Assembly (NCBI GenBank): GCA_008632985.1
Contig: QPGO01000024.1
Location: 124,001-188,000 of the forward strand
DNA: 64,000 nt
Reading direction: 5' to 3'
DNA from: Psammoneis japonica
Taxonomy: Eukaryota
Under the pieces are notes generated by a model. That model worked only from the letters and a program-made list of their open reading frames with translations, had not been told where the DNA came from and searched no databases. Position numbers and translations under genes: made by a program. Below are positions 23,101-33,935 of this stretch, one piece after another. Each line of letters opens with the position of its first letter. The stretch's first letter is position 1.

Positions 23101-24312
23101 CTTTGCCATGTTCAGCATTCACAGCTGCAAACAAGATTGGTGCAAGATGAGTCTTTTTAACTCGTTTGCGGGATTGGCCTGCAACACATGTACGACGGCA
23201 TGTCAGTTGTTCATTCATGCATTCATCTAATGTGTTGAAACTGCCAGTGTCATGTCGGCCCCCTTCTCAGGTGTCCGAATCATCGGCATTGCTCAAGTCA
23301 AGGTCGCGGAAGTGATTGAGCTCTTCCTCATGTGCCTTGCACTTCTTCTCAGCATTGGCAAAGCATTCGTCCACCTTCGTTCCGATGACAGCATGACCAT
23401 CTTCTTCAGGCTTGGATTTCTGATTGGGCTTGCCACCTGCACCATTGGTGTGTGGCTGGTCTTGACACGCTTCACATGGTGCTTGAGTGCACAACAATCA
23501 TCAGCATGATGTCCACAGTTGGTCCCGTGGAGCACACACAACTTCTGGGTGTTCTTCTGATTTGTGATCAACAACTCAGGATTGTCTGTTCTGCGGCCCT
23601 GCTCACATGGAACCTCAGCATGTTGGTCCTGGTTGCCTTTGGTGAGCTCGACCTGCTCGATGCGCTCACAGAACTGTACGAACTTGGCCACAGCATGAGC
23701 CAACAGATCAAAATTCTGTGGCATCATGATTTTCTGCCACGCGTTTGGCACTCCGCACTCAAATGAGTCACAGAGTTCATCATTGGGCAATGACTCTGGT
23801 GCTGCTCCACCCTGCGTCAGAGGCGGAAACTGAGAGATGCAGCCATTGAGTTCAACAGCCCTCACGACACAGTCATGAGCAGAGACTTCAGCGGGCTTGC
23901 ACATGAAGCGTCGCAGACAACGTTTCTGCAGCAGCACTGCCCCATGAGGGAAGACACTTTCCTTTAGCTTTGCCATGCACACAGCATGCACAGCGTTGGT
24001 TTGGGATGCCTGCTCTTCAGCGGCGTCATTGAAGGTTGTCAGGGCATCGCCCTTGAGGAACCTGCACACAAGTGCAAACTTGGCCGGCCCCGCAGTCATG
24101 TTTTGTCCTTGATGCACGCGCTCGGAGTTGTGCAGAAGGACAAGGAGTTCCTTGCATGTTCCCGCAGAATGGTGCGGTGTGCCCATCTTGTGTGTTGGAC
24201 TGTCAGGATCAGTGGGGTCATTGCGCAGCTTGAACATCTGGTGCTCACCCTGCTGCAGTTCCTTCTTCTCCGGCCATGCGAATGGAGTCGGCGGCTTGAG
24301 ACGCTTCTTCAT
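20186..24312 (-). pseudogene. Gypsy gag-pol pseudogene
   Basis: gag FKLRNDPTDPDSPT; protease ALPDSGAS; RT LPMG..HLDD; RNase H ANASKCQLGAV, SRKL, ADHKNL, VADALSR; integrase H..H..C..C, DMTGP, DCGTEF, NPQASATVE. Frameshifts include a 20-bp tandem duplication at 21486-21525. Confidence 0.92.
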
Positions 24313-24407
24313 GGTGATTTTCGAGTTTGTTGGTCCTGCCAACATGTTGCAGCATTCGTTTTTGTAGATTTTGTAACCTCGCACACCATGCGGGAGCAAT
24401 GTCACTG

Positions 24408-24840
24408 TGCCCCATGCATGCAACAGGCAACAAAAATGCAGATGTGTTTCAATTGTGTTGTTGTGGAAAATTATGAGCTGGTTTACATGCAGAGAAATGG
24501 GATCGTACGAACAGAGAATCGCATCAAATTCGCTGTCTGTTCACATCATGGATTGCACCAATCGATCGTGCGTTCGCATCATGGATCGTGCGAATCACAC
24601 CAACACACGCCATGCACAAGTGATGTCATCGTGTGGAATCACGCTGCTGTTGTGGGCCAGACAACAGGTCAGTGTGCTTCACACAGATGCTCTCTTGGCA
24701 TCCTTCTGGATTTGCCTGAGACACAGAGCCACGCCCTCCTGTGGTTGTGCTTCCCAGGTGCATGCTGACAATGCTGCGTTGTCACACACAAGAGGCCATG
24801 CACGGTCTCGCCATGTTGTCCAGTGCTGAGGCATGCTGCA
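24408..24840 (-). repeat. Gypsy 5' LTR (433 bp)
   Basis: Direct repeat of 19538-19969, followed on the + strand by TSD CAGG. Confidence 0.92.
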
Positions 24841-27800
24841 CAGGGTCAGCAACACAGGGTGTTCACCTGTCAACAAGCCATGAAACTCCAACACAAGTCC
24901 CAAAAAAGATGGGCAAGAACACAGCTGAGTGTGGAAGCATGAAAGATTGAAGGAGTGGGTGTGTGACACCATTGCCAAGTTGGGATGACAGGCAGATGGT
25001 TGCACAGAAACCACAAGGAAGATGGGCGAGCATGTCAGAAGAATGCTCAGCTGGAGATGCAGGCACTGGTGTCTCTGAAGCAAGAGAGCACCACCCCAAA
25101 AGAGCTGGAGCATCTGTGGGGAGTCACCCTGTGGGAGAAGGACTGGAGCAAGGAATGTGGTCACAATGCAAAACAGGGTGCAATCTACAAGACACATGAG
25201 GGAAAAGCGTTTGACGTTGTTTGAGGGGCAATGTGCAAAGGTCATTCACCACAAGTTGAAGGAGTGACAGAGTTTGCAAGAAGAGTTAGAAAGGAGTGGG
25301 ACATGGCAGCACTGCTGGATGTTCTCAAGTCAATCTTGTTCCAGGCAAAAGAGAAGACAAACCCACACGTTGGGGTGGTCAAGGCTTGGAAGCAGTTGGT
25401 GCTCATTTGTTGAGATGAAGGAGAGGTGCTTCAATGTCAATGTGACTGGCCCATGAGTCTGGTTGAAGTGGTGAAAGCATCTTGTGGCAGGATCACCATC
25501 ATGGAAGAAATCACCAAGAAAGAAGGTGGGTTCAGCAAAGATGCCAATCACAACCAGAAAAAAGAAAGGGACAAGTTGTTGGCAGTGACGCCAATGGAAA
25601 GTGCCAAGGAACATTGGCGTGTCTCAAAAGACCCATGTTGGCAGTTCACACTGGGGGGCGACATTTGTCCCAACTCAACTGAGGAGGAACTGCAGATGTT
25701 GGACACCTGTGGGACCAATGAGAAACCTGATGGTGCAAGTTTTGCACAGAGCAAGAAGAAGCATGTCAGATGCTGGAAATGCAACAAGGTTGGGCATGTG
25801 AGAAAAGATTGTCCTGATGACAGCTGTCATCCATCAGTGGAGTCAAATGATGTGGGCCACTGGAGTCAACAGAACAGTTGACATGGTGTTGGGTGGCATG
25901 GATTCCAAGTGTTGTTCTCCCATGCTTGATGCACACAAGGCCAATGTCATCAGTTGATGGCTTGTGCGAAGGAGTGTGTTGGATCATTGGGGCCGCAGGA
26001 AGTTTTTGCAAAGGACAGATGACAGACAAAGTTGCAGTGGAAAGACACACTGATGATTGTGGATGATGCAGCAAGTTTGTCTTGTGCTCACATTTTTGCT
26101 TCTGCACCTGGTTGACATGGTGTTGCGGGCAGTGGTTGACAGCACTGGCAGCAATGCATTTGTGAGCCACACAGTGAGTCAGGAGACAGTGGTGTGGCCA
26201 AATGCATGCCAGTCGGTGAGCTGTGAAACTCCAACATGCAGACAGATCTCCTGTGAAGTGTCCCAAAGAGCTGGCACTTGAGAAGTTGCTCAAATGCAAT
26301 GACCCGTGTGCTTGTTGCTGGGCATGAACAAGTGCTTTCTTGTGGCTGCCTTTGTGAAAACCACCGCCAGAATCAACTCTGAAAAATTGAGAGGAGAACT
26401 TGACAAGAGAAAAGAAATTCTGTGCACATGACACCAGCCTTTCTGGCACAACAGTCACTTGCAGTGCACACAGGTGCAGCCCTTGAGGAAGCCGTTGTGT
26501 GAAAGCAAGTTTTTGTGGTGTCGCGCTGGCTCATGTGCATGTTTCAATGATTCCACAGCCATGGCCAGCCTTGACATTGGCATTGATTCATCAGATGAAG
26601 ACGGATTCAAAAGACATTCTCGCTGTTGAACACAAAACACCGGCGACTCGCGTTAATCTCAAGGACTGTAAACAGCTGGGACCCATGTTGTCACGCGGAG
26701 AGCTTCTCATGACGGATGCAGGCAATGAACTTTCAAACTTGGTCAAGGTGTGCTTGTCTCCTTCTCATCACAACTTGTGTGACTTGGCCGTGAAGCTCAT
26801 GATTTCCCGCGAAAAGCCAGCTTGCCTCTTGTCTCTCCTGAGCATCTTGCTGGAGCACGGACTTCGACAAGAATGGTGCCACGTGAATTGTTGGCCTTTA
26901 GACGCCATTGCTTGCCCGGGTGCCTGCTTTGTCACTCTTGATGGCCATGGCCAACAACAACAGCACAATCTGCTCTTGTGTCCTCACTTGTGTCTTGATG
27001 ATGGTTTAGAGAAGCCAAATTCTCTGGTGCACAAATTGGGCGGATTGACAATTGTGCTGCTGAGCAATCTGCATTGTTCCTCTTGTGGCGGTCCCATCAT
27101 CAGTGCCGGTCTGTCTCATGGCATGTTTGATGCGCACCTGGAGGCTGAGGTTTCAACGTGCCAGGAAAGCAAGAGCAATGATCATTTGTGGGATGCAGCT
27201 CAAGCCGTGTTTGCAGCACTTGAGGGAGCTGCAAGATCACCTTCATCAGAGCTGCGCCAGTGTCAACCAGTCTTTTCCTTTTCAGCTGGAGCAAATCAAG
27301 ATGCTCAAAAGATGCTGATGCAGTTGGAGCATCTGCAATTTTTTCAAGCGTCAGACGACAGTGGCCACCACAGTCCAACAAGCACCTGCGCTGATCCATT
27401 GCATCTTGGTGTGCCAATGGAGTTGTTGCAACAGGGGTTGAAACAAGTCCTGCCCTTTTCCAGTGGTCACCCTCATTGGGACGCTCAGGCTGCTTTTGTG
27501 GAACATGATTGCAGCATGAAACTAGCGTGTTGTACAGCTGCTTGAGCTCTTCTTGCCAACGTGGCAACAGCTTCAGCTGTCCATCTGTGTCTCCCCCCTG
27601 CCCTGACCCTGAACGGACCAGAGACAGACGGGTGAGACAAAGTCGGGGTTTGGGGCTGACCACTTTCAAAATGACCAAATTTGCAAGTGGTCTTTGCATG
27701 CAAAATAGAGTGCAATGACTTTTGCATGGTTCGGGGTTTCACAAAAATCACTCTGTTCACTGACACAAAACATTCCGAATTTTGTGTTGCCCCAGTCATT

Positions 27801-28163
27801 TCTGGGTTGGGATGCCATTGACTCCTGGCCAATCAATTGGCCATTTTTCTATTTTGAGGTCATTCATGTCAAACACATGTTTGAATGCCAGTTGCTTTTG
27901 TCTTTTTTTGTGCCCTCAATCCATGCATGTGACATGGCCCTTTTTTCCGTTGAGATGATGGGTGCACATGATTTTGTGCTTTTTGTGCATTCGCTCGCTT
28001 TCAAACCGGAGATCGTGAGCACAAACAACTCACGCAACACCCTTGTTTCTACACCTGACAAGGACAATCACATGATGCAAGCCTGGATTGTTGATGAATT
28101 GTTAACTTTAAAAGTCATTGTCTAATGATTGCAATCTTCAGCAGTTGTGAATGCCTTGCACAG

Positions 28164-29950
28164 TCATTTGCAACACAAGAGGGGCCTGGCAGCCTTCTTG
28201 GAACCCTCTCTTGTGCTCCTGAAGTGACCAAGGAACTCACTTGATGCAAATGGCATGCCCTTTGTTTTCCTGCCATCAAACTTCTTCCCAAGACAAAGTC
28301 CCTTTCTTGTTGTCACTCTGGACAGAACCACATGCATGAACCCAGCTGTCTCTGCAGCCAAAGTTGTTGTTGAGCCAACAGCCAGGCTCTCAATTCCCCC
28401 CCCCCCCTGGAGCTTGTGTGCAGTTGCTGTGTTGTTGCACAAAACTGGGAACTGGGTCAATTGCTTCCTCTGACTGATTCTTGGGGTTCTCTTTTCAATG
28501 AAACCCACCACAGGGACAGGAAAGTTGACAACACAGCATGTCTCTCTCCTTGGAGCCACACAAAACAGCTCTCCCCCTGTCTTTTCCTCATGCCTCAAGA
28601 CAATCGACTCAACTTGTGAAACAGAGGCTGACCTCACCCAATGACCATCAATCCTCATCAACTCCAAATCATCCAAAGAAGCACATTCCTTCAGCTCAAC
28701 TCCCTCAAAAAAGCCAGAACAATGCCGCTGGCTGGCCTCCTCATTTTTCTCCACGTTCTCATTGCGGTTCATCATCACAGGGCAGCCATGCAAAGCTTTG
28801 GAAGTGGGTCCACATGACCTGACTCATTCCCAGCTTGTTTGACATTATGAGCATCTGGACAAACTGCAAACAAAATGTCCTTGGACAGCTCATCTTGAAA
28901 ATCCACATGCTCGTGTCTACATTTTTTCCACTCGAGGTTCTTGCTTGCCCAGAGGACAATGGTGTGGGTTTGAGGTGGCTGTGCAAGAGATTTTGAGTGT
29001 GTTCCCTCTAGTGCCTTCTTGAAAATGCCATTGTTGACCACATTCCTGTCAAGATTGGTGGCAACAGCACAGGTTGAATTGCTTGTTGTGTCACTTTCCA
29101 TGAGGAAAAGATTGCTCTGGCAGATCAAGGTTTTCAACTTTCAGATGTTTCCATGAGAGAGTCAGTCACAAAAATGATGAAAGTTCAGAGGAGAATGGCT
29201 GGCCTGTCAGGACTCATCTGATTGCAATGAACAATGAAAACACCACCAAATCATGTCTTCAGCTTCTTCAGTTCATCAAAAATTGGGCGACAAAGCACAA
29301 AGAAACTGCAAACAAAATGTCCTTGGACAGCTCATCTTGAAAATCCGCATGCACGTGTCTCCATTTTTTCTGCTTGAGGTTCTTGCTTGCTCAGAGGACA
29401 ATGGTGTGGGTTGGAGGTGCCTGTGCAAGAGATTTTGAGTGTGTTCCCTCCAGCACCTTCTTGAAAATGCCGTTGTTGACCACATTCCTGTTAAGATTGG
29501 CGGCAACAGCACAGGTTGCATTGCTTGTTGTGTCACTTTCCATGAGGAAAAGATTGCTTTGGCAGATCAAGGTTTTCAACTTTCAGATGTGTCCATGAGA
29601 GAGTCAGTCACCAAAATGATGAAAGTCCAGAGGAGAATGGCTGGCCTGTAGGACTCATCTGATCACAATGAACAATGAAAGCATCACCCCGACAAAGCAC
29701 AAAGAGACAACAAAAGTGCAAGACAGAACATGTTGCTGATGATGATGCATTGCGCAACATTGTGCACTCTCTGCCTGTTGCACCCAACCATTTGTGGGCC
29801 ACTGTCAAGCTGGCTGGAGAGGCATGTGATGAAAATGACACTGATGGAACATTTCACGAAACTTGCACAGATGTCGCGAAGTCATGATTTGCTGCTGGTG
29901 GCTGATGAGTGTCGAAATGAAGCAAAAGAGCACCACAGACATCCTTCTCT
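28164..29950 (-). pseudogene. PIF1-family helicase remnant (probably Helitron-type)
   Basis: TQFPVLCNNTATAHKLQG (motif V) and MHVVLSRVTTRKGL (motif VI, YVxLSRV); AVATNLDRNVVN upstream. Confidence 0.75.
28861..29685. repeat. Tandem duplication of about 385 bp (period about 442) in the helicase remnant
   Basis: AAACTGCAAACAAAATGTCCTTGGACAGCTC at 28861 and 29303; both copies end GACTCATCTGAT..AATGAACAATGAAA. Confidence 0.88.
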
Positions 29951-32030
29951 TTGACATTTTAACAATTGCAATGTCATTGTGTTGTTTGAAGCATCTGATG
30001 TTTCATCTTAAATGTTTGTAAATGAAGACAATGAGACACAGCCGTTCAGCGAAGCGTCCAATCTTTGCCAATCTCTTAGAAGAGTCATTTGCTTTGGACT
30101 CGAAACAAGCTGGAAAACGAATTCCAAGCCGCAAGCTTAAACAGCAAAAGAGACTTTGCGACTTGACACCATTTGTGACAACAATGTATTCGTTCTTTTC
30201 ATATGTAGCTTTGCTCTCGATAAAGCAACAAATCCAACATGAGGAATCCGAAGTTTCACTCTCTCCTTCACTGTTGCTCAAGGCGGTAGAACGATCGAGA
30301 ATGTGCGTTTCTACAATGGCGACCTTTGTGGTCACAAACAGCGACCGTGCAGTCTAAGCAGCAAGGGAATACAGTCAAGGCAATGCCGTTCATACAATCG
30401 TACAACAGGCAAAGCTTGAAGAGGGGCATCAAACGTAGTGGCAGACGTTTCCCTCCTCGAGATGAACTCCCAGCCGATCAAGTATCGCATAATGGAAAAT
30501 CCGACTGCACGCCAAGGGACCGACTGAAACGAAATGATACAGAAGGAGACTCTTCAAAAAGATGCGCTGTCACAGTGCAGACTAAAGCCAACGAAAAGAT
30601 TAGACTCAGATCGGTAGTTCTCTATTACATGTGAAAAGCCGGACGAAGAGCAATGGCGGCCACTGCTTTATTCAGTTTGAAGAGAGGAGTTAGGCAAAGT
30701 GCGTGCTCTCGGAAAGAAGTGATTGGACGCAATGACTAGCGGAAAGGAAAAAGAGCTAGATTGAATTCATACGATGACGTGTGCGATCCCTCCGAGCTGT
30801 TCCTAATTCCATTTGTATAGCCGTTCGTGAACGTACTTATTTCCCGTCGACCCTAACCAGCCACAGTTGCGGTGAACGCAGCTAACTAGGGACATAGTTG
30901 TGAACTCTTGCATCGAGGAGGGGAAGCCGCTTCTACCCTGAATTTTCCATTCAGGAAACGTGTCGATTATGGAAGTAGCGCGGCCAGCGACTTTTTCTAG
31001 TCTTCTTCTATGGGTCGGCATTTGTGCCGCTTCAGAACATGATACGATGGGTGCTTGCTATTGCTCAGTAATACTTGCCGCACGCGACAGAGGTAAAATG
31101 GTGAGTACGAGGAACAGGAGTGTATCGAATAGACCTAGCCATCTAAAATTCTACAAGGTCGCGAAATTTGGTGATCTCCTCAACCCCACTATGTTCGTCC
31201 CTATTTGGCTTTTCCCAACGGGTACGTATCCTGCAATTGGTTTCATCCTTAGCCCCACTCGGGCAAAAAATCGAACCACTCAGTGGTTCACAACTTGCGC
31301 AGCGTGAAATTCGCGAGTGACACAATGAAGTAGCACCCACACGTTTATAACCTTTTAAAAGAGGCAAAAAGCCATCGTTATCAATGCATTATGTTGTCAG
31401 CAACCACTCGTGAATGGAGCACGGTCGCCGTCAAATCACCGTCATGGTCGTTGGCGGTGATTTTCTCACCCCGTAGAAACCACCGTAGAGCAGTACCAGA
31501 AAAAATATCGAACCATTGAGCGGTTCGCTGCGTAGATAAGTACCAGGAGCCCCGTAGAATTGGCGAACCATGAGGACCCAAAACAAAACCCAATGTCTAT
31601 GGAATGCAAAATTGAACCAGAAAAATGAGGCTCACGATGAACAAGACGGTAGCAGTACGGAGACGTTTAAGAACATAGTAAACCACTAAAATAAAGCATA
31701 CACATTGTCAAACAGACGCTGCTGTATCGACTGATGCAATGTTATTGTAGATATCTCATTATCTTTTACACTTTTACCCATCGTCTATCGGTTCGTTTTT
31801 GGCTTGCCGCGAACCACTTGATGGTTCGGGGCAGGAATCGCGCGCATTCGTCATTTCGTACATAGGACCCTACTGTACCTACGATGCATGATGACAGACG
31901 ATGCGTGAACCGAGCGCGCTTCGCACTTCGCACCCCCGGGGTTTTTATTGAATAAGTTGTTATTCATTCTGGAATGCCATATATGAAAACCAATCTTTCA
32001 CTCTCAACGGCCGCAACTGATAGACTGACT

Positions 32031-32570
32031 TGTGACAGACAAGTAAATTTTATTAATAACGGATATAAATATTTGTCTGTCACAATGGGCATTGTGACAG
32101 ACAACTAAATTTTATTCATAATGGATATAAATACTTGTCTGTCACAGCAACTTGTGACAGACAAGTAAATTTAATCCATAATGTATATAAATACTTGTCT
32201 GTCACAACGTGCATTGTGACAGACAAGTAAATTTTATTCATAATGAATATAAATATTTGTCTGTCACAGCAACTTGTGACAGACAAGTAAATTTTATTCA
32301 TAATGGATATAAATACTTGTCTGTCACAGCAACTTGTGACAGACAAGTAAATTTTATTCACAATGTATATAAATACTTGTCTGTCACAACGTGCATTGTG
32401 ACAGACAAGTAAATTTTATTCATAATGGATATAAATATTTGTCTGTCACAGCAACTTGTGACAGACAACTAAATTTTATTCATAATGGATATAAATACTT
32501 GTCTGTCACAACAACTTGTGACAGACAAGTAAATTTTATTCACAATGAATATAAATAGTAGTCTGTCTCA
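32031..32570. repeat. Tandem array of nine 60-62 bp palindromic units
   Basis: Unit TGTGACAGACAAGTA-(AT-rich, about 24 nt)-TACTTGTCTGTCACA-GCAACT starts at 32031, 32093, 32153, 32215, 32275, 32335, 32397, 32457 and 32517. Confidence 0.95.
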
Positions 32571-32945
32571 ACGGGCAGTTATGAGACCCAGACCATAAAT
32601 AATGATGTTGAAGTTGGTCCGGCAAGCGAGAATCCGGGTTCCTTTTTACCTCCACCGCGTGACGAAAGCACACGAAACTTACAAAAAACCGTCGCAGCCG
32701 ACGATGAGATTGAGGCGATAAGAAAGTTATCGAGACTATCATCGTTTCGTGGACTTTTCATACTGTTTCTTCAGCAGCTTGGCGCTCTTGGTGATACTTG
32801 AGACAAAACTTGAGAGACGAAGGCATTGAGAGGGAAGTGGAACGAAGCCAAGACACTGCGAACTGCAAGAGTGCATGCACCAACACACGCGACTTCCCGC
32901 TCCCCCCAGCAATTATTCATACCAATCTCCTCCGCTCCTCCGCGC

Positions 32946-33542
32946 ATGGCCCAATTGTTTCTCCACGAAATTGACACCATCATGTCTAAAGCCCCAGTGA
33001 TCCCCGCTGCTGCTTTTGGCGTCCTGTCTGGGATTGTGATGGGCATGTTCATCCAAAGTCGCCGTCGGAGTTGTTTTCTCACCAAACATCCTCCCGGATC
33101 ACCAGCCCATGACATGGAGTCTCACATCCTTGAAACCCAGAAACCAGCCCACGCCTTAGGCATCCGGGTGGTGAACCTTACAGGAGACACTCTAACTCTG
33201 CAGGCACCCCTGGATCTCAACCATAATGTACACGGCACCGCCTTGCAGTCTGTGAGCGTTTTATGCTCTTACTATCTTTTTAGAGAGTGGCTTATGCGAG
33301 GGGGTCTATCAAAGTATCAGCTAGTTGCCAAGACTGGTAGCATTCGGTACATTCGACCTGTCACTACCCCTTGGATAGTCGCGACCAGCAGGTTACCATC
33401 AGAGGAGGCCCTGGAAAGCTTTCGCAACAAGTTGGCTTCAGACAGAAAAGCCACGTTGGAAGTTTCTGGGCATATCTTGCAACATACAGCGAAAGTTGCT
33501 TGTGAATATACAGTGGAAGTATGTGCATACCTGCCAAGGTAA
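32946..33542 (+). CDS. Hot-dog-fold thioesterase-like protein (YiiD C-terminal-like) with N-terminal hydrophobic segment
   Basis: ALGIRV..LTLQAPLDLNHNVHGTA..LVAKTGSIRYIRPVT. Start codon uncertain. Confidence 0.7.
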   Translation: MAQLFLHEIDTIMSKAPVIPAAAFGVLSGIVMGMFIQSRRRSCFLTKHPPGSPAHDMESHILETQKPAHALGIRVVNLTGDTLTLQAPLDLNHNVHGTALQSVSVLCSYYLFREWLMRGGLSKYQLVAKTGSIRYIRPVTTPWIVATSRLPSEEALESFRNKLASDRKATLEVSGHILQHTAKVACEYTVEVCAYLPR

Positions 33543-33935
33543 TGGTGAGCACGTCCCCACGTGATAAGAAACGAGAGAAACTTTCCAGTCTTGACGACGA
33601 TGATCATTCATAGCGGCGAAGTTGACACATGCTTGTTCGATTGATCCGGAAGAATAGGAAACGGACCACGCGTAGTGGGCACTGAGCTTGTCCGTTGACG
33701 TAGCATACAGATGTTGCGCCACTGTCCATTCGTCAACCTACATAGTCCCACACTGGATGAAGACTTTCTTAGTTATCTTTCAGTTGTGAGAAAGCTGGCT
33801 TCTCTCGCCCTACCGTACTATTGACGAAAGATTTGCTAGAGAGCTATTCTTATGAAACAAACTCACCTACCAGTTAGTTGTGTTCTCTGGACAATGACAG
33901 CGTGCATCTCAGCTTGGGGTTCTACTCGTCTCTCT

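Larger units (their letters stand above)
19538..24840 (-). mobile_element. Full-length Ty3/Gypsy LTR retrotransposon, mutationally inactivated, with 4-bp TSD CAGG
   Basis: LTRs at 19538-19969 and 24408-24840 (TG..CA). CAGG at 19534-19537 and 24841-24844. PPT GGGGGAG on the minus strand next to 19969. Order gag-PR-RT-RH-IN. Confidence 0.95.
18975..26531 (+). mobile_element. Repeat family A, copy 2 (gag-like, CX2CX4HX4C knuckle), split by the Gypsy insertion
   Basis: 18975-19537 plus 24845-26531 is colinear with the uninterrupted copy 59660-61951. CWKCNKVGHVRKDC at 25771-25812. Confidence 0.85.
10300..29990. other. Hypermutated repeat block 1 (TpA- and CpG-depleted, TpG/CpA-rich nested TE remnants)
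   Basis: TA and CG are visibly near absent. Six-frame ORFs are nearly Tyr-free and rich in Cys/His/Met. Contains multi-copy repeats. Confidence 0.9.

Noticed and set aside
24380..24407. tRNA primer-binding site of the Gypsy element
   Set aside because: No TGG-starting tRNA complement is recognisable; the sequence may be mutated.
19538..24840. ADAR-type RNA editing or an alternative genetic code
   Set aside because: Both TA>TG and TA>CA occur on the same strand, the LTRs diverged independently, non-retroelements are affected, and host genes use Tyr normally.
27595..27612. CCCTGACCCTGA as mutated telomeric CCCTAA repeats
   Set aside because: Only two units; could be chance.
10300..29990. Classical fungal RIP, or simple CpG decay alone
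   Set aside because: RIP raises TpA and depletes CpA/TpG, the opposite of what is seen. CpG decay cannot turn Tyr into His or Cys.
30003..31600. Short ORFs in the normal-composition region
   Set aside because: No recognisable domain or coherent exon structure.
32031..32570. CRISPR array
   Set aside because: The inter-repeat segments are near-identical rather than unique spacers, there are no cas genes, and the context is eukaryotic.
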